From: Thermoanaerobacterium sp. DL9XJH110
Lineage (GTDB): Bacteria; Bacillota; Thermosediminibacteria; Thermosediminibacterales; Tepidanaerobacteraceae
Assembly: GCF_049310025.1 (NCBI RefSeq)
Contig: NZ_JBJYKD010000002.1
Coordinates: 67,351-91,350 of the forward strand
Length of the DNA stretch: 24,000 nt
Reading direction: 5' to 3'
Within the stretch, counting starts at the first letter, position 1. Each line of letters opens with the position of its first letter. Made by a program: the position numbers and the translations under genes. Shown here in pieces: positions 16,692-24,000 of this stretch. The notes beneath the pieces were generated by a model. It did no database searches, was not told the DNA's origin, and saw only the letters and a program-made list of their open reading frames with translations.

Positions 16692-17249
16692 TTATACTCT
16701 GCTTAAATATTCGCCTGTCCTTGTGTCCACCCTGATAACATCTCCAATATTTATGAAGAGCGGGACCTGGACAACGGCGCCCGTCTCCAGTGTAGCGGGT
16801 TTGGAACCTCCCGTGGCTGTATCTCCCTTGAAACCGGGCTCGGTCTCGGTGACTTTTAATTCCACAAAGGTGGGCAACTCTATTCCTATGGTAACCCCTT
16901 CATAAAACATGACCATAACTTCCATATTTTCCTTTAAATACTTGATGGAATCTCCCAGTTGATCCTTGTTTAAAGGCACTTGCTCGAAGGTTTGTGTATC
17001 CATGAAATAGTATGTATCCCCGCTCGAATATAAATACTGCATAGTTTTCCTTTCGATAATCGCCCGGTTCAGTTTTTCACCGGCTCTAAAGGTCCTTTCA
17101 AAGACCTGGCCCGTCTTTACATTCTTGATTTTGGTCCTGACAAAGGCGGCTCCCTTGCCGGGCTTTACATGTTGAAAATCGACGATCATAAATACATCGC
17201 CATCAATTTCTACGGTTACACCTGTTCTCAAATCATTTGTCGAAATCAT
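16692..17249 (-). CDS. efp: Translation elongation factor P
   Basis: 185 aa: [17 protein letters not shown]...[21 protein letters not shown] (the modified-Lys loop), with a typical three-domain length. Confidence 0.98.
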   Translation of the reverse strand: MISTNDLRTGVTVEIDGDVFMIVDFQHVKPGKGAAFVRTKIKNVKTGQVFERTFRAGEKLNRAIIERKTMQYLYSSGDTYYFMDTQTFEQVPLNKDQLGDSIKYLKENMEVMVMFYEGVTIGIELPTFVELKVTETEPGFKGDTATGGSKPATLETGAVVQVPLFINIGDVIRVDTRTGEYLSRV

Positions 17250-17280
17250 TGCAATACCTCCATCCTGAACAAATTGCCTG

Positions 17281-18357
17281 TTATATGCATATAATATCTT
17301 TACTGGCTTTTGTCAGATCCTCACATCCATCCCCGGTTATTACAACCAGATCTTCTATTCTTACGCCTCCAAAACCCGATATGTATATTCCCGGCTCCAC
17401 GGTTACAACCATACCGGGTTCAAGTTTTGTTTCGCTTTTTGAAGAAAGCCTGGGTTCTTCGTGGATTTCAATTCCAACGCTGTGGCCCAAAGCGTGACCG
17501 AAATTTTCGCCAAAACCCCGCTCTTTGATTACATCCCTTGCGATCCTGTCTACATCTTTCCCAAAAATCCCCGGTTTTATATAACTCAAAGCTTTTTTTT
17601 GAGCCTCCAGGACTGTGTTATATATATTCAGCTGGTCCCTGTCCGGTTTGCCCAAAAATACGGTTCTTGTCATGTCCGAACAATAGCACGAAAATCGCGC
17701 CCCGAAATCCACTGTCACGAAATCGCCGGCTTCGAGCCTCCTGTCTGAAGCCCTGCCGTGGGGCAGCGAACTCCGGGGACCCGAAGCTACAATGGTATCA
17801 AAGGCCATTTCTTCGGCGCCTCTTTTTTTGACGAAATACTCAAGCTCACACGCCAGATCCTTCTCACTGACGCCGGGTTTTATGTAGTTTAAGATGTGAC
17901 CGAAGGCCTCGTCGGTAATTTCCTGAGCTTTTTTTATCATGTCTATTTCACACTCTTCTTTGACAACTCTCAGCTTTTCCACCATTCCGTCGGTTATCTC
18001 CGGTTGCACGGCTTTTAGATGTTGCTTGAGTTCTTCAAAGGCTTTTACGGTCAGATGGTGACTTTCAAATCCTACTTTTTGGGCCCCGGCCGATTCCAAA
18101 ATCTCGGCGCAGGCTTTGAAAGGCGAAACTCCCGGTTCAAGTTCTATAATATTATAATCAGGAGCCTGATCCGCGGCCTGCTCGGCGTATCTGAAATCCG
18201 TAACAAGGGATGCCACCTGCCTGGTTATGATTATAACTCCTTCTCCCCCCGTAAAACCGCTCATGTAAAACAGGTTTTCAGGCTTGCTTATTATCATCCC
18301 ATCCAGATTGCCGTCATCGAGTTTTTTTCTCAGCTTGCTCAACCTCTCTCCATACAT
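17281..18357 (-). CDS. M24-family Xaa-Pro aminopeptidase/dipeptidase (B. subtilis YqhT/PapA-like)
   Basis: Creatinase-like N-terminal domain plus the M24 metal-ligand motifs [16 protein letters not shown] and [15 protein letters not shown]...VEPGIY. I trimmed the track ORF (TTG 18378) to ATG 18357, which has AGGGGGG 6 nt upstream. The position upstream of efp is conserved. Confidence 0.93.
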   Translation of the reverse strand: MYGERLSKLRKKLDDGNLDGMIISKPENLFYMSGFTGGEGVIIITRQVASLVTDFRYAEQAADQAPDYNIIELEPGVSPFKACAEILESAGAQKVGFESHHLTVKAFEELKQHLKAVQPEITDGMVEKLRVVKEECEIDMIKKAQEITDEAFGHILNYIKPGVSEKDLACELEYFVKKRGAEEMAFDTIVASGPRSSLPHGRASDRRLEAGDFVTVDFGARFSCYCSDMTRTVFLGKPDRDQLNIYNTVLEAQKKALSYIKPGIFGKDVDRIARDVIKERGFGENFGHALGHSVGIEIHEEPRLSSKSETKLEPGMVVTVEPGIYISGFGGVRIEDLVVITGDGCEDLTKASKDIICI

Positions 18358-18387
18358 CTCCAACCCCCCTGCTTTCAAAAACTTCTT

Positions 18388-18746
18388 TTACAGCCAAAGC
18401 GGCGGTTCGTACGCCTTGCCTTCCAGTCCTCACACAGCACTCTGACCCGTAACGGTGATTCTCCAGAATTCTTCTAGGGCAAATATTTCACTCAAGCGAA
18501 CTTACCAGCGGGAATGTTCCCTTCCAGGGCATCTCCGATAGCCATGCTATAGTGAGTATATCCTGCCGCGTTTATTATTATTCCATCATAATTTTCCATG
18601 CACTTTTGGCTTTCGTCTACTGGGCTTCCCTTATTGTGGATTGAAACAAGCCCACCGAGATACCCATGGTCGCAGCCTTTCATCCATTTCACACAAAAAA
18701 ACTCACAAATTATATTACCATATTTTTCACTTTTTGAATAGGTCAA
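18388..18746 (-). pseudogene. aroQ: Decayed type II 3-dehydroquinate dehydratase
   Basis: Frame A (18746->18492) still reads ...[25 protein letters not shown], which matches the AroQ core (GIIINPGAYTHTS.A..DA...IP). The rest continues in another frame: [36 protein letters not shown], compare VEVHLSNIhAREEFRhhS...G.I.GlG..GY.LAL. Lesions: a frameshift near 18495, an in-frame TGA at 18430-18432, the motif His changed to Arg, and no room for the N-terminal ILVxNGPNLNxLG segment because the remnant starts at the aroK stop codon. Confidence 0.75.
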
Positions 18747-19261
18747 GAACTAATTTTTTTAAAAAGCTCCACTATTTCCTGTGATACCTCTTCAATGTTT
18801 TTGCCGGTAACATCTATTGAAAAATCACAATATTTTTTATATAATTCGCACCGCTTTTCGAAAAGTTCCTCTAATTCTAAACTACTTTTCCCCACCAGCA
18901 AAGGCCTGCTATAATCTCTTCTAACACGCTCTAAAATTATGTTAAGAGGTGCTTTTAACCATATCGTAATGCCTGTTTTTTTCAGTGTCTCTATATTGTC
19001 CGGATTTGTTACAATACCACCACCTGTGGCTATCACCGTATTTAAAGAATCAGAAATTTCCTTTGTAATTTCACTTTCTTTTTTTCTGAAATATTGTTCG
19101 CCAAATTTGGCAAAAATCTCCGATACGGTCATCGACATTTTTTCTTCAATTAAAAAATCCGTATCGATAAAATTCATTTTTAAAAGCGATGCAGTTTTTT
19201 GGCCAACAGAAGTTTTACCGGCTGCCATAAAACCGATGAATATAAGATTTGATTTATCCAT
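18743..19261 (-). CDS. aroK: Shikimate kinase
   Basis: 172 aa with Walker [12 protein letters not shown], the DTD motif (FIDTDFLIE) and GGG (ATGGGIV). SD GGAGGAAAG precedes ATG 19261. Confidence 0.93.
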   Translation of the reverse strand: MDKSNLIFIGFMAAGKTSVGQKTASLLKMNFIDTDFLIEEKMSMTVSEIFAKFGEQYFRKKESEITKEISDSLNTVIATGGGIVTNPDNIETLKKTGITIWLKAPLNIILERVRRDYSRPLLVGKSSLELEELFEKRCELYKKYCDFSIDVTGKNIEEVSQEIVELFKKISS

Positions 19262-19288
19262 AATCTTTCCTCCAGAAACTTTATCTAT

Positions 19289-19317
19289 ATTTTATTCATC
19301 GGTTTGGTAACAGTCAA
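19289..19317 (-). promoter_or_regulatory. Sigma-A type promoter upstream of aroK
   Basis: Minus strand: TTGACT (19312-19317), 17-nt spacer, TAAAAT (19289-19294). It lies downstream of the aroE terminator. Confidence 0.5.
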
Positions 19318-19397
19318 TATATTTCTTGTTTGGAGTTAATTATCAGAAAATAACTCCTTTTTGTAAATCAATATCGGCAGCAGGAAAGATGGGAAAT

Positions 19398-19439
19398 AAA
19401 AAAACCTCACCCTCTACGATCGAATTCATCAGGGTGAGG
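19398..19439 (-). terminator. Rho-independent terminator about 100 nt after aroE
   Basis: Minus strand: CCTCACCCT-(17-nt loop)-AGGGTGAGG (9-bp stem, 19405-19413/19431-19439) followed by TTTTTTT (19398-19404). Confidence 0.75.
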
Positions 19440-19536
19440 AAAAAACAAAAACAATCCACAATACTAATATACATTTGAAACCGGCCCATGAAGGAAACGA
19501 GTTTGACCAAACCCTGGTACACCTGCATGTTCCTTT

Positions 19537-20424
19537 CTAATCATTGATACACTCCCTGGAATCTCTTTTTAAATTCCTGTTCACCACTTCGAACATGGAA
19601 CCCAAAGGAGGTTTCAGACCTGTCCATAGTCTGAATGCTTCTGCCCCCTGGTTGACAAGCATTCCAACCCCAGTTAGAATAGAACACCCCTTCTTTTCAG
19701 CAGTGTTCAGCAACCGGGTCTTCAGCGGGTTATAAATCACATCACAAACCAAAAGGTCGGGTCTCAATATGGTCTCGGCAACGGGCATTTCTTCAGTATT
19801 GGGATACATGCCCACCGATGTAGTATTTATTATCACCTGGCAGCTTTCTGCAGCCCGGCTCAATTCATGACTTTCCAGGGGTAGCGCTTCGGCCACTCCG
19901 TTTAAGATATTGTTTACATCGCGGGTCAAGGCTTCGGCTTTTTCAAAGGTGCGATTGGTTATAAAAATGTGTTTTGCACCTTCAAAGGCCAGAGTTACGG
20001 CCAGGCCCCGTGCGGCGCCTCCCGCCCCGATTATTAAAAAAGAGGCGTTTCTCGGGTCAATACCCCTTTCATTTCTCAAAGAGCGGATAAAGCCAGGACC
20101 GTCGGTATTGTAACCTATTATTTTATTATCTCTAACCACCAGAGTGTTTACCGCTCCTATAGCTTTGGCCAGCTCATCGATTTCGTCAATATATTTTATT
20201 ACTTCGGTCTTATAGGGCATAGTTACATTGGCGCCACAGAAGTTGTATACCGGCATATTTCTTACCGCCCTTTCCAAGTCTTCAGGTTTAATCTGGAAGG
20301 GCACATAAATAAAATCAATGCCGCATATTTCAAAGGCAGTATTTTGCATTAATGGTGAAAGTGTATGCCCCAGAGGATTGCCAAAAAGGCCCACGATTTT
20401 AGTATTTGCCGATGGGATTCTCAA
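19537..20424 (-). CDS. aroE: Shikimate 5-dehydrogenase (copy with host-like base composition)
   Basis: 295 aa with GLFGNPLGHTLSPLMQN, NVTMPYK, NTDG, GAGGAARG and NRT. TTG start has GGGAGG 8 nt upstream. Confidence 0.93.
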   Translation of the reverse strand: MRIPSANTKIVGLFGNPLGHTLSPLMQNTAFEICGIDFIYVPFQIKPEDLERAVRNMPVYNFCGANVTMPYKTEVIKYIDEIDELAKAIGAVNTLVVRDNKIIGYNTDGPGFIRSLRNERGIDPRNASFLIIGAGGAARGLAVTLAFEGAKHIFITNRTFEKAEALTRDVNNILNGVAEALPLESHELSRAAESCQVIINTTSVGMYPNTEEMPVAETILRPDLLVCDVIYNPLKTRLLNTAEKKGCSILTGVGMLVNQGAEAFRLWTGLKPPLGSMFEVVNRNLKRDSRECIND

Positions 20425-20523
20425 TTTTATACCTCCCTGCTCGTACTTTTCCGTAAGCTATAGAAATAACTTTATAATAAAAGCTTTTTGAAATCAATCA
20501 TTGAAAAATTCATAAAAATGGAA

Positions 20524-21405
20524 TTACAGACTCTCATAGTTTTTTTGCCTCTTTATAAGCTCCTTATTCACTATATCATATAATTTTTCAACGGGTGGTT
20601 CAATTCCAGTCCAAATTTTAAAAGATTCCACACCTTGATTAACCATCATTCCAACGCCTGTCAATATTTCACAACCTTTGCTTCGAGCTATTTGCAAAAG
20701 TTTAGTGTGTATGGGATTGTAAACTATGTCGCATACAATCATCTTCTTATGTATTACATCTTCATCTACAGGCACTGCGTTTATATCAGGATACATCCCC
20801 ACTTTTGTGGTATTAATCAAAATATCGACGTTATTATTTATTTTTTTAAGTTCATTAGATTCAAGTTTTATTGGAATGGCGCAATGTCTGATGTTATTTA
20901 TGTCTATTACCAGATCAACAGCTTTATTAAAAGTTCTATTAGCTATATATATATTGCCCGGTTCGCACATGGCCAGAGTTATAGCCACAGCCCTTGCAGC
21001 ACCGCCACAACCTAGTATCAATATATTTTTATTTTTAGGGTCCACCTTTTTCTCTTGCTTTAATGATCTAACAAAACCATCTCCATCTGTATTAAAGCCT
21101 TTAAGTTTATTATTTTCAAACTTTATTACATTAACTGCACCTATTAATCTCGCTTTATCATCTATTTCATCAAGGTATTTTATAATTGCTGTTTTAAATG
21201 GGGATGTAACATTACCGCCAATGAAATTTAAATACTTTATACTTTTTATTACATCCTCAAAATTCTCTGGTTTAACTTCAAAAGGAATATAAAGGTAATT
21301 CAAATTCAACATTTCAAAGGCCGAATTATGCATCATCGGTGAAAGCGTAAAAGACAGCGGATTCCCGAAAAGCCCCAAAAGTTTTGTATCTACAGAAATA
21401 TTCAT
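20524..21405 (-). CDS. Shikimate/quinate dehydrogenase-family paralog (AT-rich copy)
   Basis: It carries the same motif set (GLFGNPLSFTLSPMMHN, NVTSPFK, NTDG, GCGGAARA, NRT). By eye it is roughly half identical to the neighbouring aroE. I trimmed the track ORF (ATG 21420) to ATG 21405, which has GGAGG 8 nt upstream; both are in frame. Confidence 0.9.
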   Translation of the reverse strand: MNISVDTKLLGLFGNPLSFTLSPMMHNSAFEMLNLNYLYIPFEVKPENFEDVIKSIKYLNFIGGNVTSPFKTAIIKYLDEIDDKARLIGAVNVIKFENNKLKGFNTDGDGFVRSLKQEKKVDPKNKNILILGCGGAARAVAITLAMCEPGNIYIANRTFNKAVDLVIDINNIRHCAIPIKLESNELKKINNNVDILINTTKVGMYPDINAVPVDEDVIHKKMIVCDIVYNPIHTKLLQIARSKGCEILTGVGMMVNQGVESFKIWTGIEPPVEKLYDIVNKELIKRQKNYESL

Positions 21406-21446
21406 TTTATATTCCTCCATTCTTTTTATATTCCTCCATTCTTTTT
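21405..21446 (-). repeat. Tandem 19-nt direct duplication (about 2.2 copies) covering the SD and an upstream ATG of the aroE paralog
   Basis: Minus strand: AAAAAGAATGGAGGAATAT AAAAAGAATGGAGGAATAT AAAATG. The period is 19 and the two full copies are identical. Confidence 0.85.
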
Positions 21447-21760
21447 GCAGTAAAGCTATTGTAATGTAGAGTCCACTTTGCCATTATGGCGAAAAAGCTT
21501 AACCAGGAGTCTTTCGCCCGTGTTTTGAGGATGTCTGTGTGGCGTTGGGCTGATCCCGGACATTAAGTTTAGCGCCATCGGACGACAGCAGACCTGTCAG
21601 GTCGGGATACAGCCCAATGATGTTAAGGTTTGCATTCGGATGGGAAAATCGCCATTAATAACTTCATAGACAAAAGGCATATTTTCTTGGTATTTGTGGT
21701 ATTTGCAGCATATCTCGGACAATGCTTCGTTATTTACTCAAAATCAAAAACGTTCAATTC

Positions 21761-23242
21761 TTAACTTGTTTTTACATCCTTAGCTTTCGTTTGACTGATA
21801 GTCATGAAAATCATAAATATAAGCAGAACTAACGAAATCGGATTTGTAAATAAGCTTGTTATAAAACCCCACATGCTGTTATGTTCCATTGATAAAGCTC
21901 TTCGGAAATTCGTATCGATTATGGGGCTTAAAATTACTCCTAAAATCATTGGAGCGACAGGATAATCATACATCTTCATGAAATAGCCCAATATTCCAAA
22001 CCCTATCATCCAATAAATGTCAGTAACGTTGTTATTGATCGAATAGCTGCCGATAATGGAAAGCACGATAATAATCGGTATAATTATCGCCTTAGGTATT
22101 TCGACTATTTTACTAAAAAGTCTTAGTCCCGTCATGCCAAAAATGTATAAAAATATATTTGACAATACTAAACACCCTACTATTACCCAGAAAAATTCCG
22201 GCTGTTCCCTCATCAACATAGGCCCGGGCCTTAAACCGTGAATGATCAACGCACCTATTAATATGGCGGTAACCGAATCGCCCGGAATCCCCAGAGTCAT
22301 CATTGGTATATAGGCTCCGCCTATTGCGGCATTATTGGCGGCTTCCGGAGCAATTACCCCTTCGTATGCTCCCTCCCCAAAGGGACGCGATGGATTTTTG
22401 ACCGTTCTCTTGGCATGATCGTAGGCAATTAACGCAGCAATATCCCCACCTGTACCCGGAAGCGCTCCAATTAATGTCCCAATCGTTGAACATCTCAGAG
22501 TAAGTGGCAGGTTTTTTAAGATCAATTTAAGATTTGGAACTATTCTATCTACTTTTTGCTTTACAGGCTCAACCTTCTGGTGCAACTGGTACAAGCTTTC
22601 CGATAACCCAAACAAACCGATCATGACAACAACAAAATTTATTCCGCCTAAGAGACTGTAGTTTCCGAAAGTTAACCTTGGTTGACCTGTCACAGGGTCC
22701 ATGCCAACCAACCCAACTACAATACCCAAAAAGGCTGTAATTAAAGCTTTAATTAATGAACCGCGGCTCAGGCTCCCCACAAGGAATAAGCCCATAATGG
22801 CCAACAGGAAATAGTCTCTTGGGGCGAAATTCGTAGCTAGCTTTGAAACAATCGGGGAAGCAAGCGCCAGAACCAATATTCCAAAGAATTCACCGATCAC
22901 AGATTCTGTCGTGCTTAGCCCCATAGCAATACCAGCTTCCCCTAATTTTGCCAGGGGATAACCGTCAAAGCCAGTGGCAACTGCCGCGGGAGCACCGGGA
23001 ATATTCAAAAGAATGGCCGATCTGCTGCCGCCATAAACACCGCCCGTATAAATGCCCACCATTACTGCCAAAGCAGGCAATGTGTCCCACGAAAAAGTAA
23101 AAGAGATTAACAGAGAAACCGCCATGGTTACCGAAAGTCCCGGAATAGCGCCGATATATATCCCCACAAATACGCCTGCAGCAACATATAATATTAATTC
23201 CGGATTCACGAAAGGTACAAGAAATCCCTCAATACCCGTCAT
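21761..23242 (-). CDS. tctA: Tripartite tricarboxylate transporter, large permease TctA
   Basis: 493-aa polytopic membrane protein with a TctA-like N-terminus (GIYIGAIPGLSVTMAVSLL) and repeated GxPG motifs (LNIPGAPAAV, GALPGTGGDIAA, TLGIPGDSVTA). Confidence 0.93.
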   Translation of the reverse strand: MTGIEGFLVPFVNPELILYVAAGVFVGIYIGAIPGLSVTMAVSLLISFTFSWDTLPALAVMVGIYTGGVYGGSRSAILLNIPGAPAAVATGFDGYPLAKLGEAGIAMGLSTTESVIGEFFGILVLALASPIVSKLATNFAPRDYFLLAIMGLFLVGSLSRGSLIKALITAFLGIVVGLVGMDPVTGQPRLTFGNYSLLGGINFVVVMIGLFGLSESLYQLHQKVEPVKQKVDRIVPNLKLILKNLPLTLRCSTIGTLIGALPGTGGDIAALIAYDHAKRTVKNPSRPFGEGAYEGVIAPEAANNAAIGGAYIPMMTLGIPGDSVTAILIGALIIHGLRPGPMLMREQPEFFWVIVGCLVLSNIFLYIFGMTGLRLFSKIVEIPKAIIIPIIIVLSIIGSYSINNNVTDIYWMIGFGILGYFMKMYDYPVAPMILGVILSPIIDTNFRRALSMEHNSMWGFITSLFTNPISLVLLIFMIFMTISQTKAKDVKTS

Positions 23243-23266
23243 TCTTCCTCTCTCCCGTAAAATTAT

Positions 23267-23752
23267 TTATGGTAGAATAACTTGAAATAGATATGCAAAG
23301 ATTACTACAATTGACACTAATGTACCAAGAGATATTATAAATTTTTGAACAGGTTTATTTCTGTCAAACATGAGCATTGATATATACAGGAATAAGAAAG
23401 TTGCAAGTTTAAAATGCAATATTTCTAATACAAAAGCATAAAGTATAACCAGAACAAGAAGGATAATTACATCCCTGGAGAACAGGTACCGAAGCGCCTC
23501 AAAGGGCTTTTTTTCTGTATCGTTCCCCCTGATATAATGAATGATGAGAATACTAATCATAATAATACTCACAGCAGATATTATTTGGGGTATGAATCCC
23601 GACTCATTGTATAATCCCTGCATGATGCCTTTTAGTTTTAATGATTCAATAAAAAACGCTCCATTAATTATAAAAAGTAATAAAAGAAAATATAGTTCAC
23701 CTGGATTTTTTTTAGTTCGCTGCAGTTCAAACTGCTCATTTTTTTCCTCCAT
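23267..23752 (-). CDS. tctB: Tripartite tricarboxylate transporter, small membrane subunit TctB-like
   Basis: 161 aa with four hydrophobic helices, placed between tctC and tctA. SD GGAGGG lies 7 nt before ATG 23752. Confidence 0.8.
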   Translation of the reverse strand: MEEKNEQFELQRTKKNPGELYFLLLLFIINGAFFIESLKLKGIMQGLYNESGFIPQIISAVSIIMISILIIHYIRGNDTEKKPFEALRYLFSRDVIILLVLVILYAFVLEILHFKLATFLFLYISMLMFDRNKPVQKFIISLGTLVSIVVIFAYLFQVILP

Positions 23753-23797
23753 ATTGAAACCCTCCGTTTAACCCTATCTTCGTAAAGTCGTAAAGCA

Positions 23798-23820
23798 GGG
23801 GGGAATCCCGGATTCCCCCC
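23798..23820 (-). repeat. Perfect 23-nt GC-rich palindrome in the tctC-tctB intergenic region
   Basis: GGGGGGAATCC-c-GGATTCCCCCC (11-nt arms), starting 8 nt after the tctC stop. No T-tract follows it on either strand. Confidence 0.7.
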
Positions 23821-23827
23821 CTTTTCC

Positions 23828-24000
23828 TTACTGGGCAGGTCTAGGTATGCCAAATACTTCCGGAGACTCTTTAGCATCGCCAGCATCGTAAATCAACCAC
23901 GCCATCTGTGACTGCCATTCCTTCATATAATTTTTGGCTTCTTCTCCAGTGATGCCCATTGGGATTAAACCATTTTTCTGGCAATATTCCTGGAACTTAG
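23828..24000 (-). CDS. tctC: TctC/Bug-family periplasmic-type solute-binding protein, C-terminal end only (the 5' part is outside the window)
   Basis: My translation reads ...KFQEYCQKNGLIPMGITGEEAKNYMKEWQSQMAWLIYDAGDAKESPEVFGIPRPAQ* with stop TAA at 23828-23830. The call rests mainly on its position upstream of tctB-tctA, because only 57 codons are visible. Confidence 0.7.
   Translation of the reverse strand, partial: KFQEYCQKNGLIPMGITGEEAKNYMKEWQSQMAWLIYDAGDAKESPEVFGIPRPAQ

Noticed and set aside
19343-19528. 61-aa minus-strand ORF between aroE and aroK
   Set aside because: It reads straight through the 9-bp terminator stem and its T-tract, and it has no SD. The region is better explained as terminator plus aroK promoter.
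21447-21760. A T-box leader or a known riboswitch upstream of the aroE paralog
   Set aside because: I looked for the T-box core (GGTGGTACCGCG-like) and for the core sequences of common riboswitch classes that I can recall, and found none. I kept the region only as an unassigned finding.
448-23771. All the other plus-strand ORFs in the track (for example 1340..1594, 2498..3055, 8624..9082, 10594..11124, 12835..13599, 18019..18477, 20726..21292, 23541..23771)
   Set aside because: Each lies fully within, and antisense to, a minus-strand gene that has clear family motifs and an SD. They have low-complexity Ser/Pro/Ile-rich composition, typical of shadow ORFs.
23668-23886. 72-aa minus-strand ORF overlapping the tctC 3' end, the palindrome and the tctB start
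   Set aside because: It is out of frame with both real genes, has no SD, and spans the intergenic palindrome.
1-24000. CRISPR arrays, transposases/IS elements, integrases, tRNA/rRNA genes, toxin-antitoxin or defence systems
   Set aside because: I found no regularly spaced repeats, no terminal inverted repeats flanking a transposase-like ORF, and no tRNA-like or rRNA-like sequence on either strand.

Overview
All credible genes in this window lie on the minus strand, in one compact block typical of an anaerobic, endospore-forming Firmicute (Clostridia-like, strong GGAGG-type Shine-Dalgarno sites). Read 24000->1 the order is: tctC(partial)-tctB-tctA | aroE paralog | aroE | aroK-aroQ(pseudogene)-M24 aminopeptidase-efp-acidic zinc-ribbon protein | spoIIIAA-AH | asp23-amaP-DUF2273-nusB-xseA-xseB-ispA-[~600-nt structured non-coding RNA]-oapA-like membrane protein-tlyA-membrane PD-(D/E)xK-like protein-nadK-argR-recN | spoIVB(partial). 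This matches the Bacillus subtilis aroQ...spoIVB region, minus accBC, folD and dxs. The main finding is the gap between ispA and the next membrane protein (about 6177-6785). It has no credible ORF, its own near-consensus promoter, and many nested GC-rich helices closed by a perfect 13-bp long-range pairing. Its neighbourhood is the published one for OLE (ornate, large, extremophilic) RNA and its partner OapA, whose biochemical function is still unknown. I could not run a covariance model, so this call rests on synteny, size and visible structure. Other points: a two-TM protein with a RecB/Cas4-like D..EVK..QxxxY core; a multiply damaged aroQ; tandem aroE paralogs of different base composition next to a TctABC transporter; an unassigned ~310-nt spacer; a 19-nt tandem duplication over a ribosome-binding site; and an inverted repeat that could mask the spoIIIAA ribosome-binding site in read-through transcripts. 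Every plus-strand ORF in the track looks like an antisense shadow.
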